Positions 26,753 through 33,880 of a stretch of 45,722 nucleotides of DNA are shown in pieces. A program made the translations under genes and the position numbers. The notes under the pieces are model-generated. The model was given only the letters and a program-made list of their open reading frames with translations. It ran no database searches and had not been told where the DNA came from. Source of the stretch: a virus; IMG/VR virus record IMGVR_UViG_3300045988_128735; one strand, 5' to 3'. Positions within the stretch are counted from its first letter, which is position 1, and every line of letters starts with the position of its first letter.

Positions 26753-26850
26753 ATGTAAGTTGTAGCCTTATGCCCGAATCCGTCGGGTGCGGTCTGACGT
26801 AGGGGTACGAAAAAAGCGGCTCGCACTTCCTCGTCTGCTACAACTTACAT
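26753..26850 (-). promoter_or_regulatory. Structured 5' leader: a 14-bp perfect long-range inverted repeat enclosing an inner hairpin, abutting a start codon
   Basis: 'atgtaagttgtagc' (26753-26766) is the reverse complement of 'gctacaacttacat' (26837-26850). The inner hairpin is 'cccga atccg tcggg' (26773-26787). The proximal arm lies 4-17 nt upstream of the ATG at 26749. Confidence 0.55.
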
Positions 26851-26922
26851 GTGATCCACCGCAAAGGGCTAAAAAACACGTGGAAGGCGAACCGCCGTAT
26901 ATTTTAATTTGCATCTCCATAT

Positions 26923-26966
26923 TATGTGGAGTGCTCCACATATAAATTGTAGCGATGGCAAAGGTA
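26923..26966 (-). promoter_or_regulatory. Candidate promoter (-7 box TACCTTTG at 26959-26966) with a palindromic operator-like site (26923-26942)
   Basis: Plus-strand 'caaaggta'. The palindrome 'tatgtggag tg ctccacata' has 9-bp arms and is positioned just downstream of the predicted transcription start. Confidence 0.5.
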
Positions 26967-27107
26967 TGTGATATTTTTGGAACGTGCAAGGATTTCGGGG
27001 AAAAGTTTTGAAAAAAGTTTTGGCGAGGAATGAAAAGGAATGAAAAGGAAAAAATCAAGGAATAAATGTCCCATCTTTCATAGTCAACAAATTAGTAACT
27101 TTGCCGT

Positions 27108-27278
27108 ATGGAAAATAAAGAAATCAAAAACAAAAGGCTACCGCTCTACATTGACAATTTACTTGACATAGCAGCGATAGCCATAATCCTTGTTGCTACG
27201 ATCATAGCTGTAGCATACGTATTCTATCATATAGGTGTAGCTGTCAGACTCTCTGTCAGCACAGCAGCCCTATAATGA
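27108..27278 (+). CDS. Possible 56-aa hydrophobic peptide on the plus strand (below the ORF-track cutoff)
   Basis: Manual translation gives MENKEIKNKRLPLYIDNLLDIAAIAIILVATIIAVAYVFYHIGVAVRLSVSTAAL. A TAACTTTG box at 27096-27103 lies only 4 nt before the ATG, so this may instead be the start of a non-coding antisense RNA. Confidence 0.3.
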
Positions 27279-27630
27279 ATGAGAGGATTGCCGTGATGGA
27301 CGCCACTACACCAATAAGCCATCCGGCAATCTTAGCTTGGTCTTTAACGTCAAGTTTACGCTGATGCCACTTCATACCGTATTTCGCAGCCTTGCCACCC
27401 TTGGATGTAAGTTTAAGAAAAGCTTCTCCATGTTGTGCTATTAACCCGTCATCTTTAAGCATGTCAATAACAAATGTGGCCTTTATGCCATAACGCTTCT
27501 TCACCATGGCAAGAATCTCGTAGTCATTGACAAAACTCTCGTGCTCAAGCAATGTCTTAAGAATAAGGTCTGCAGCAGCAATCTGTGTGTCTGAGTATTC
27601 CATATATATAATATAAAAATGTTGAAGCAA
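27256..27630 (-). CDS. Hypothetical protein with a C-terminal TM anchor (124 aa; alternative start at 27603)
   Basis: ORF with the C-terminal segment 'IAGWLIGVVASITAILSFIIGLL'. Confidence 0.5.
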   Translation of the reverse strand: MLQHFYIIYMEYSDTQIAAADLILKTLLEHESFVNDYEILAMVKKRYGIKATFVIDMLKDDGLIAQHGEAFLKLTSKGGKAAKYGMKWHQRKLDVKDQAKIAGWLIGVVASITAILSFIIGLLC

Positions 27631-27637
27631 TCAAAAG

Positions 27638-27662
27638 CCCCCGATGCGTTACGCACCGAGGG
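27638..27662 (-). terminator. Minus-strand-specific RNA hairpin (copy 1 of a duplicated element)
   Basis: The minus-strand RNA 'CCCUCGGUGC GUAAC GCAUCGGGGG' forms a 10-bp stem using two G-U pairs. These become C-A and A-C mismatches on the plus strand. 'CUUUUG' follows. Confidence 0.55.
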
Positions 27663-27697
27663 TTGGTTGTGTTAAAAATTATAGGTTGTACATCTTC

Positions 27698-27958
27698 TCA
27701 GATGCGCTCGGCAGCACGTCGGATGCGGTCGCTGAGATCGATGAGCGCACCGCGCATCTGCTCAGCCTCACGCTCGTTGAAACCGCCCTTGCCACCGTTT
27801 CCGTCAATACCATCCATCTTGTGATAGAACCATGATGACGACTTCTGAAAGTATGTGTTGGCAAAGTCTCGCCAAGAAACAGCCATCATTATGTCTGCCA
27901 CCTTTTTCTTCATGTCGGTTATCATTACCGGCTGTACCGTTGTTGTCTCCATCTTCAT
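27698..27958 (-). CDS. Hypothetical protein (86 aa), resembling the small DUF5053-type proteins of Bacteroides phages
   Basis: 'SWRDFANTYFQKSSSWFYHKMDG...GGFNEREAEQMRGALIDLSDRIRRAAE'. The family assignment is from memory and is not verified. Confidence 0.45.
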   Translation of the reverse strand: MKMETTTVQPVMITDMKKKVADIMMAVSWRDFANTYFQKSSSWFYHKMDGIDGNGGKGGFNEREAEQMRGALIDLSDRIRRAAERI

Positions 27959-27998
27959 TCTTTTTAATAGGGTTATCTTATTGATTCTTATCTTTAAT

Positions 27999-28018
27999 CC
28001 CCTCCCCGAAGGGAGGGG
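27999..28018 (+). terminator. GC hairpin ('cccctccc cgaa gggagggg') followed by a T-run on the plus strand
   Basis: 8-bp G/C-rich stem with a CGAA loop, then 'tgtcgtttttt' on the plus strand only. Confidence 0.45.
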
Positions 28019-28033
28019 TGTCGTTTTTTGTCT

Positions 28034-28189
28034 TTAGTAGGGCTGTCTGACAAGATTATCAAACAACTCTTGCGCATACCAAAGCAGTTGAGGATAGCCA
28101 TCGGGGAAAGACTTGTTGTAGTTTCTAACTGCTTCGAGAAGTTCTCTCTCTTCGGGAGTAACCTCCATTTTCTCTAATTTTTGATTCAT
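28034..28189 (-). CDS. Small hypothetical protein (51 aa; below the ORF-track cutoff)
   Basis: Manual translation gives MNQKLEKMEVTPEERELLEAVRNYNKSFPDGYPQLLWYAQELFDNLVRQPY. A -7 box lies 25 nt upstream. Confidence 0.5.
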   Translation of the reverse strand: MNQKLEKMEVTPEERELLEAVRNYNKSFPDGYPQLLWYAQELFDNLVRQPY

Positions 28190-28213
28190 ATAACCTGTAA
28201 TTATTTAACACTG

Positions 28214-28221
28214 CAAAGATA
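28214..28221 (-). promoter_or_regulatory. Candidate -7 box (TATCTTTG), followed upstream by TACTAC / AAATTT repeat motifs
   Basis: Plus-strand 'caaagata'. The 13-mer 'tgcaaagatacta' is identical to the one at 44992-45004. Confidence 0.5.
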
Positions 28222-28290
28222 CTACAAATTTTCGTACTACGCAAATTTTACTACGAATATTTGTAGTAAAAACGATTAAAATATAAAAAT

Positions 28291-28315
28291 CCCCCGATGC
28301 TTGTGGCACCGAGGG
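28291..28315 (-). terminator. Minus-strand-specific RNA hairpin (copy 2), terminator of the DUF2335-like gene
   Basis: 'cccccgatgc ttgtg gcaccgaggg' matches 27638-27662 at 21 of 25 positions. On the minus strand it is followed by 'AUUUUUAUAUUUU'. Confidence 0.65.
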
Positions 28316-28406
28316 AATGATTAATAGCCGCATGGTCTGGCGGCAGTGTTGAATTGATTAAACAGTGACCATTTCAATATCTTTGGCAGAATCCGAACTC
28401 ATTTGC

Positions 28407-28868
28407 CTATTGCTTTACGTTCCCGTTATCCAAATCTTTCTTATTTGGAATAGTTCTCAGATAAAATATGGCACTGATAGTAGCGGAGAGTGTAGCAATT
28501 ACACCAGCAAGCCAATCATGACCATTGATGCCAAGATAGACAGCAGCAGCAAGAAAAATAGCAACAAGAACCACAGCAAAAATTTGGCCGCACATACTCT
28601 CACGAATGTCAGCTTTGATTATACTCTCCTCTGATTTAATGCGGTGCATCTGTTGTTTCTCAGCCATTGTGAGGATGCGTTCCGGCGCATCCGGCATAAC
28701 CTCTTTATAAGCCTTGAAGTCGGCAGGATGCGGCAACGGTCCACTGAACGACTGGCGCATCTCTACCATAGCGCCGATAATGACATTGCGCTTTTCCGGG
28801 TCAATGGAGTCAAGAACTTGCTCAACATTTGGCTTTGTGACCGTTTTCTTGCTCTTATCGTTTGCCAT
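28407..28868 (-). CDS. DUF2335-like membrane protein (153 aa)
   Basis: 'SFSGPLPHPADFKAYKEVMPDAPERILTMAEKQQMHR' followed by two TM helices, the typical DUF2335 architecture. Confidence 0.6.
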   Translation of the reverse strand: MANDKSKKTVTKPNVEQVLDSIDPEKRNVIIGAMVEMRQSFSGPLPHPADFKAYKEVMPDAPERILTMAEKQQMHRIKSEESIIKADIRESMCGQIFAVVLVAIFLAAAVYLGINGHDWLAGVIATLSATISAIFYLRTIPNKKDLDNGNVKQ

Positions 28869-29070
28869 AACTTTGCATTGCGTTTCTTAAATCATTGCCA
28901 ACAGCCCACCAATCCTGGCGCATATCATCAACATTATTACCGTTGAGATATCCTCGCAAGCTTTTACGCTGGTGTACTCTAAACAAAGAAGTAAAGCCAG
29001 AGACATACGTTGGACGTTCCTTCAGCAGTGAAGAGAACGAGCCTTTTATATTATAATTAATATTTCTCAT
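28855..29070 (-). CDS. Hypothetical protein (71 aa from the ATG at 29070; the ORF track extends to 29127)
   Basis: ORF overlapping the next gene's start by 14 nt. The extension upstream of 29070 looks non-coding. Confidence 0.4.
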   Translation of the reverse strand: MRNINYNIKGSFSSLLKERPTYVSGFTSLFRVHQRKSLRGYLNGNNVDDMRQDWWAVGNDLRNAMQSYGKR

Positions 29071-29252
29071 ATGTAATATTGTTAATGCTTTTGCAAAGTA
29101 AGCGAAAAAAAACGAGATTTGCCTCAATATATATATAAAATTGTTCTACATTATATGAAAAATCGTTACATTGAATGTATAAAAACATCACATAACCATG
29201 ATAAAAGCACCTCAAAAAGCCTCTTTATGGTGGCTTTTTACCTCTGACGGGA

Positions 29253-29337
29253 CCCGCCGCAAAATGTCTCAGGCATTTTGCGGCGGGCGCATTTTTTATC
29301 CCCACCATATTATTGATGTCAATGATATGGTGGGGAT
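29253..29337. terminator. Two tandem perfect hairpins (14-bp and 13-bp stems) just downstream of the RadC-like gene
   Basis: 'cccgccgcaaaatg' (29253-29266) pairs with 'cattttgcggcggg' (29274-29287). 'atccccaccatat' (29298-29310) pairs with 'atatggtggggat' (29325-29337). Each is followed by a T-run on the plus strand. A weaker A/T-flanked hairpin lies at 29214-29239. Confidence 0.6.
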
Positions 29338-29344
29338 TGTCTTT

Positions 29345-30025
29345 TTATAGTCTACCCTCCTCGTTATAGCTGTAATACTTTGTATCTGTGACGATAACGT
29401 GGTCACACATATAGATACGCATACACTCCGCAGCTTTCTTTATACGCTCGGTGATTCGGTCGTCTTCACGGCTCGGTCGGTTATTGCCGCTCGGATGGTT
29501 ATGTACGAGCGTTATGACGGTGGCGTTGTTAAGGATAGCCTCTTTAAGCACCATTCTCACGTCCATGGCTGTCTCAGTAAGCCCACCGCTCGAAAGCTTC
29601 ACGGCTTTAATCAGTTTAAAGTTGTTGTTCATCAACAAGACGTGTGCCTCCTCGTGGTCGGCGTTGCCGATGGTCGGTCTGAAGTAACGCCAAACAGCGT
29701 CGGCGGTGCCGAACTCTTTGCAGTCCTCTGCCGTTTCTTGTTCGATGCGCTTTGCAAGTTCGAGAGCAGCTTGCAGCGCTATAGCCTTTTTCGTGTCTAT
29801 GCCTTGCACCACTTCAAGTTCCTCGGTTCTCCGCTTCGTCATAGAGCGAAGACTGCCGTCACAAATGTTAACGAGTTGTCTGCTTTGCCTTATAGCGGTC
29901 TTCGGGTCGTTGCCTTGTCCGATGATAAGCGAGATAAGCTCAACGATATTCAGCATCTGAAATCCGCCGTTAACAGCCTTAAAGTCTGGACGCTCTTCAC
30001 GTACCATATCAGAAAAATTCTTCAT
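29345..30025 (-). CDS. radC: RadC-like JAB/MPN domain protein
   Basis: Intact JAMM motif 'HNHPSGNNRPSREDD' (HxH-x7-S-xx-D) in the C-terminal half, with a helix-hairpin-helix-like N-terminal half. Confidence 0.85.
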   Translation of the reverse strand: MKNFSDMVREERPDFKAVNGGFQMLNIVELISLIIGQGNDPKTAIRQSRQLVNICDGSLRSMTKRRTEELEVVQGIDTKKAIALQAALELAKRIEQETAEDCKEFGTADAVWRYFRPTIGNADHEEAHVLLMNNNFKLIKAVKLSSGGLTETAMDVRMVLKEAILNNATVITLVHNHPSGNNRPSREDDRITERIKKAAECMRIYMCDHVIVTDTKYYSYNEEGRL

Positions 30026-30048
30026 ATACTTTTGGTTTTAAGTGGTTA

Positions 30049-30576
30049 TCAATTCATTTTAGCAGTACGAGCCAAAAACATGGCACCCAACACGTTAGCC
30101 CCTGCGCTTTCAAGTTCTTCGGCAAACTCGTTTGCCGTCGCTCCAGTTGTGATAAGGTCGTCAAACAAGATAACGTTCTTGCCCTCGAAGAAGTCAGTAT
30201 CAGCGCTTACAAGATAGCCAAACGACTCGCTGACAATGTGCTGTGCGTTATTGTGCTTTGCTTCACGCATACCGAAAATGTTGACATGTGCGGTGCCGTT
30301 CTGAATGCCGGTGCGCTTGCTGACCTCGTCGGCAAATCGTTTGAAACGGCGGATATACTTTGAGTTTGTTGCTGCAGGGATGCAACAAAGCACATAGTCA
30401 CAACACGAAACGCCGTACCACTTTGTGAGCGTATCAGACACGAGCTTGATGGCGTGTTCTGTAGCTCCACGCTTGCCCGACTTAAAGTCGTAGATGAATT
30501 GTCGGATGCGGTTGATTCTCACGTCGTCAGTGGCGAAACGCTTTGGAATGTAGGTGTAATAATTTGCTGTCTTCAT
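30049..30576 (-). CDS. ComF-like phosphoribosyltransferase (175 aa from the ATG at 30576)
   Basis: PRPP-binding loop 'VILFDDLITTGATANE' and the ComF-type 'YVLCCIPAATNSKYIRRF'. The ORF-track extension to 30792 is basic, low-complexity and probably untranslated. Confidence 0.75.
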   Translation of the reverse strand: MKTANYYTYIPKRFATDDVRINRIRQFIYDFKSGKRGATEHAIKLVSDTLTKWYGVSCCDYVLCCIPAATNSKYIRRFKRFADEVSKRTGIQNGTAHVNIFGMREAKHNNAQHIVSESFGYLVSADTDFFEGKNVILFDDLITTGATANEFAEELESAGANVLGAMFLARTAKMN

Positions 30577-30974
30577 ATTGATTCTCGTTTGATTCTCTGA
30601 GGCGAGAAAGAGCTTTTTTACAAATCGTCTGAATCGCTGTCGAGAGTTTTTTTTATTCACTTCGGGTCGATGTCGCTTTTTACGCCGCAACAACAACGAC
30701 GGGAAGAAGGCGTGAAGACAAGAAAAAGCCGGCTGTATTTTCATGGAAAACCCAGTTTTGTGACGTAGAAAGAAAACTCGGAAGGCTGCCATTAAAAAAC
30801 TGACGATTTAGCAAAGCGGTTCTTGGCTGTGAGCCGCCCGTCGTAACTTCGCGGAGAAAAAACGTATATCGAGCCGAATGCGAAGCATACCTCTATATGA
30901 AAAAACGCTCTCGACTGCGACAGAAGACGTCAGGCAATAACCATGTGCGACAATTATGGCGCACATACCAAAAT

Positions 30975-31032
30975 CCCCGAAAATCGGCTGTTTTGTAGCT
31001 TAAGCGGATGACAAAACAGCCGATTTTCGGGG
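30975..31032. other. Perfect 22-bp-stem hairpin with a 14-nt loop
   Basis: 'ccccgaaaatcggctgttttgt' (30975-30996) is the exact reverse complement of 'acaaaacagccgattttcgggg' (31011-31032). On the minus strand 'ATTTTGG' follows. Confidence 0.8.
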
Positions 31033-31214
31033 CGAAATTTTTTCATTAAAATACGTTAAGTATACCTTATTTAAAGGGTTTTCGTGTGGACTTTTTTAAA
31101 AAGTCCGCTCCTACGTGGTAACGTAGCCAGCCGCGCCCTACCGAACGCTGCGCCCAAACGTGCGCCTTTACGTTCAAATATGACTACCCCCTACCACCCC
31201 AAAACGCACAAAAA

Positions 31215-31254
31215 ACGACCGCAAGCAGTCCTAAGCGGAGAGCAAGCGGTCGTC
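31215..31254 (-). terminator. Candidate terminator after the large terminase gene
   Basis: Minus-strand 'ACGACCGC'...'GCGGTCGT' forms an 8-bp stem with a large loop, followed by TTTTTT (plus-strand A-run at 31210-31215). Confidence 0.4.
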
Positions 31255-31285
31255 AACAGCGACAAAAAAGGCGACAACAAAAATA

Positions 31286-33025
31286 TCAGACACGAGCGTC
31301 AACGAATGACGTGTTGAGTCCTTGCAAGCGAGTGTAGTACTTTGTCCAGATGCGTTTGTCTAAGCAGTCGCCGAAGTGAGTGGCTTCTTCGGGGAGAATA
31401 GACTGCTTGCGCTCAGAACTCTTGTCTTTAGCGAAACGACCTACCGAGTCTTCAATCACGCGCGTGTTCTGCATAGAGATGAGCGTATAACGGCAGCGAG
31501 TAGCGTTGATGCGCACATGAGGGAAGCGAGGGTCGGTCTCGGATAAGATGTAGGTCCACAACAAGAACTTTTCATGCTGTGGCGGTTCAATGCCAGGATG
31601 AACACGTTGCTCAACAGTCCAGCCAAACTTCTGAAGGCGCTCGATGAACAGTTCGTTGTACGACTTCTTGGAGTTTGCACGGCGAGCATCACCATAGCGG
31701 TCACGGTAGAATGTGAGGCGTTTGCAGGCATGATGATCGTAGTAAGCGATGAACTTGTCGGCAAGAGCATTAACCTCGGTGTCGGTCTCGTCATCACGAC
31801 GGACGAAGAACTCATTGATGACACAGTCAATCGGTGTCTGACTCAAGAGCTTCGACGCAAAGTCGAACCTACGCTCCTGACCAACGCTAAGGAATGATGC
31901 AGCAGAACCCCAGTCTGTTGAAATCTCAAGAGGCTGTGTAGGATCGCAGTCAATGTCTGCACGTGAATCGTTAGCCTTGGCAAGGTCTTGCCAGTTATAG
32001 TCATGGTTCTCGGCAAAGTCTCGCAGGTAACTGTCATTAATGGCATTGTAGTAAAGATGACGATCGTCGAGCTTGTAATAACAATGGTCAACCTTATCGA
32101 GCACAAAGTTGAGAATCTCAACCATGAATGACAGCTTATCCATCACACGGTATTGGTTAACGATGTACGACATACCAAGATTCTCGATATTGTCGAACAC
32201 CGAACCGAGTATAAACAACGTGGAGTCCTTAGATACGAACGGTGTAAGCTCGTGACGCATGCGCACCGACTCATTCCAAAGGTCGCGGAACAGCTGGCGG
32301 TCGTGCGCAATGTAAGCCTCTATGAGCTGCATCTGCACCGAGACCATGCGGTTCCACTTTTGAAAAAGCGGGATGCCACGCTCCTTCTCGTAGTATTCAG
32401 CCGGAGCAAGCAGCCACTTCTGCTGAGCGGTGTAAGGCATAGAAGAAAGGAAAGCGTTGCCATGATGCTTGACAATAGGATGCTCAGAACGCTTGCCGAA
32501 GATACACTCGTTGCCACGGTTTGTAGGCGCTACCTCTTGATCGAACTTCTCCTTGTTGATGGTCAATGCCTCGTCGGTGATGTTGAAGTCAGCGTTGGGT
32601 CCTCGGCTGTTACCCTCTTGAGTAAGGATGTAAAGACAGTGTCCGTTGCTGAACGAAATGACGTGATCGAACTGCATAAGATGCTCGTACGGTCTGATGA
32701 ACGACTCCGGAGGCCGCTTGCAGACCACATAGTCGCCCGTGTGCGTGTCGTAGTCGTAAGGCTTGTAGCCAAGCATCTCAAGCATCTTGAATGTAGACGG
32801 TAGCGTCTTGGTGAGAGCCTGGCCGATGGTAGCCTGAGCGATGGTAGTAATACCACGCGGCATGATGCGCACATTCTCGTCGACCTCGGCACCGACAATG
32901 AAGCTCTTGCCCGTACCACGCGACATGACAGCATACTTGTTCTTAGCCTGCAGCATGAGATAAGCATACTGTATACGGTTGACGTGAATGTCCTCTTGCC
33001 AGTAGTCTTGCTTGTTGTTTGTCAT
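31286..33025 (-). CDS. terL: Terminase large subunit
   Basis: 579 aa with an N-terminal Walker-A-like 'MSRGTGKSF' and an acidic nuclease-type C-terminal half. Its start overlaps the stop of the upstream small gene by 4 nt. Confidence 0.75.
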   Translation of the reverse strand: MTNNKQDYWQEDIHVNRIQYAYLMLQAKNKYAVMSRGTGKSFIVGAEVDENVRIMPRGITTIAQATIGQALTKTLPSTFKMLEMLGYKPYDYDTHTGDYVVCKRPPESFIRPYEHLMQFDHVISFSNGHCLYILTQEGNSRGPNADFNITDEALTINKEKFDQEVAPTNRGNECIFGKRSEHPIVKHHGNAFLSSMPYTAQQKWLLAPAEYYEKERGIPLFQKWNRMVSVQMQLIEAYIAHDRQLFRDLWNESVRMRHELTPFVSKDSTLFILGSVFDNIENLGMSYIVNQYRVMDKLSFMVEILNFVLDKVDHCYYKLDDRHLYYNAINDSYLRDFAENHDYNWQDLAKANDSRADIDCDPTQPLEISTDWGSAASFLSVGQERRFDFASKLLSQTPIDCVINEFFVRRDDETDTEVNALADKFIAYYDHHACKRLTFYRDRYGDARRANSKKSYNELFIERLQKFGWTVEQRVHPGIEPPQHEKFLLWTYILSETDPRFPHVRINATRCRYTLISMQNTRVIEDSVGRFAKDKSSERKQSILPEEATHFGDCLDKRIWTKYYTRLQGLNTSFVDARV

Positions 33026-33603
33026 GTATCCATAATTTCTTCAGCCTGAGCATCAGAGATAGGCTGATAAAGGTTATCGATGAGTTCTTTCTTGTCGCGG
33101 TCGCTGTAATTACGCACATCGCCGAGCGAAACATTCTGAGTCTGACCGTTTTGCACTATTTGAATGAAGAACTGATTAGCCTGCATGCGTCGCGGGTCTT
33201 CCTCGCCCATGGGACGCTCACCAATGATTTTATGTAGCACAAGCTTCGCCTTGTTCCACTCCTTCAGGTCACCACGCAGCTTGCACTCACGGATAAGCTC
33301 AAGCTGGTCTTTAATCATCCACGCTTGCCAGAAGTCCCAATCGAATGTGTGCCGCGACTTGTAGAGCTGCCGTGCCAGTGCGATGTCACGCCGAACAGTC
33401 GACGGCGACACATCATATTTGGCACGCATCAGCCTGATGACGTGATTGTCATCGGGATAGTCGTCAAGCAGTTTAGCAGCCGAGAGCACTCGCCGGAACT
33501 GCTCACGGCAACGCTCCGGAAGCGGGTTGTGCTCAGGGTCGGTGATATGCGCCTCAATCTCATCATGAGTAAGACGCGCAATGGATTTGTAGTCTCTAAC
33601 CAT
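33022..33603 (-). CDS. Putative terminase small subunit or packaging accessory protein (193 aa)
   Basis: Position directly upstream of terL with ATGA-type overlap. No motif proof. Confidence 0.4.
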   Translation of the reverse strand: MVRDYKSIARLTHDEIEAHITDPEHNPLPERCREQFRRVLSAAKLLDDYPDDNHVIRLMRAKYDVSPSTVRRDIALARQLYKSRHTFDWDFWQAWMIKDQLELIRECKLRGDLKEWNKAKLVLHKIIGERPMGEEDPRRMQANQFFIQIVQNGQTQNVSLGDVRNYSDRDKKELIDNLYQPISDAQAEEIMDT

Positions 33604-33880
33604 ATTTCAGTTGATTTGATATATCGTGAAGCATCTTCAGCAACTGCTCAAGCGCCGGATTGCTACCGTTTTGTGCAGCCTTGATTATGGAGCGCTGCAC
33701 CTCCATCTTCTGACGGATGTAGCCTCGATAGTAAGCCGTTCGCACCGGAGACGGCTGCTGCAGCAACTCCTTCAGCTCATAATCTTCAATTTCGAGATTG
33801 ATGGCAATAAGCGGAAGAGGGATAAGGCAGTAAGCCATCTCTTCGAGAGCGTCACTTTGCTCCTTTGTCAAATTGTTCAT
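33596..33880 (-). CDS. Small HTH-like protein (94 aa), an alternative small-terminase / DNA-recognition candidate
   Basis: 'IAINLEIEDYELKELL...TAYYRGYIRQKMEVQRSIIKAAQNGSNPALEQLLKM' resembles the N-terminal HTH of small terminases. Confidence 0.4.
   Translation of the reverse strand: MNNLTKEQSDALEEMAYCLIPLPLIAINLEIEDYELKELLQQPSPVRTAYYRGYIRQKMEVQRSIIKAAQNGSNPALEQLLKMLHDISNQLKYG

Noticed and set aside
26768-27058. 96-aa minus-strand ORF in the 26750-27107 intergenic region
   Set aside because: It spans the predicted promoter, the palindrome and the leader hairpins, and it has an odd composition. It is more likely a chance open frame across regulatory DNA.
30577-30792. N-terminal 72-aa extension of the ComF-like ORF (ORF track start at 30792)
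   Set aside because: The extension is basic and low-complexity ('LLLRRKKRHRPEVNKKNSRQRFRRFVKK') and shows no similarity to PRTase N-termini. The internal ATG at 30576 (MKTANYY...) gives a compact PRTase domain, so I treated 30577-30792 as non-coding.
31141-31200. G-rich run on the minus strand ('ggggtggtagggggtag') as a G-quadruplex
   Set aside because: There are only two proper G-tracts, which is not enough for an intramolecular G4.
31084-31317. Plus-strand 77-aa ORF downstream of terL
   Set aside because: It has a Pro/Lys/Ala-rich low-complexity translation, sits on stacked hairpins, and overlaps the terL stop. I consider it non-coding.
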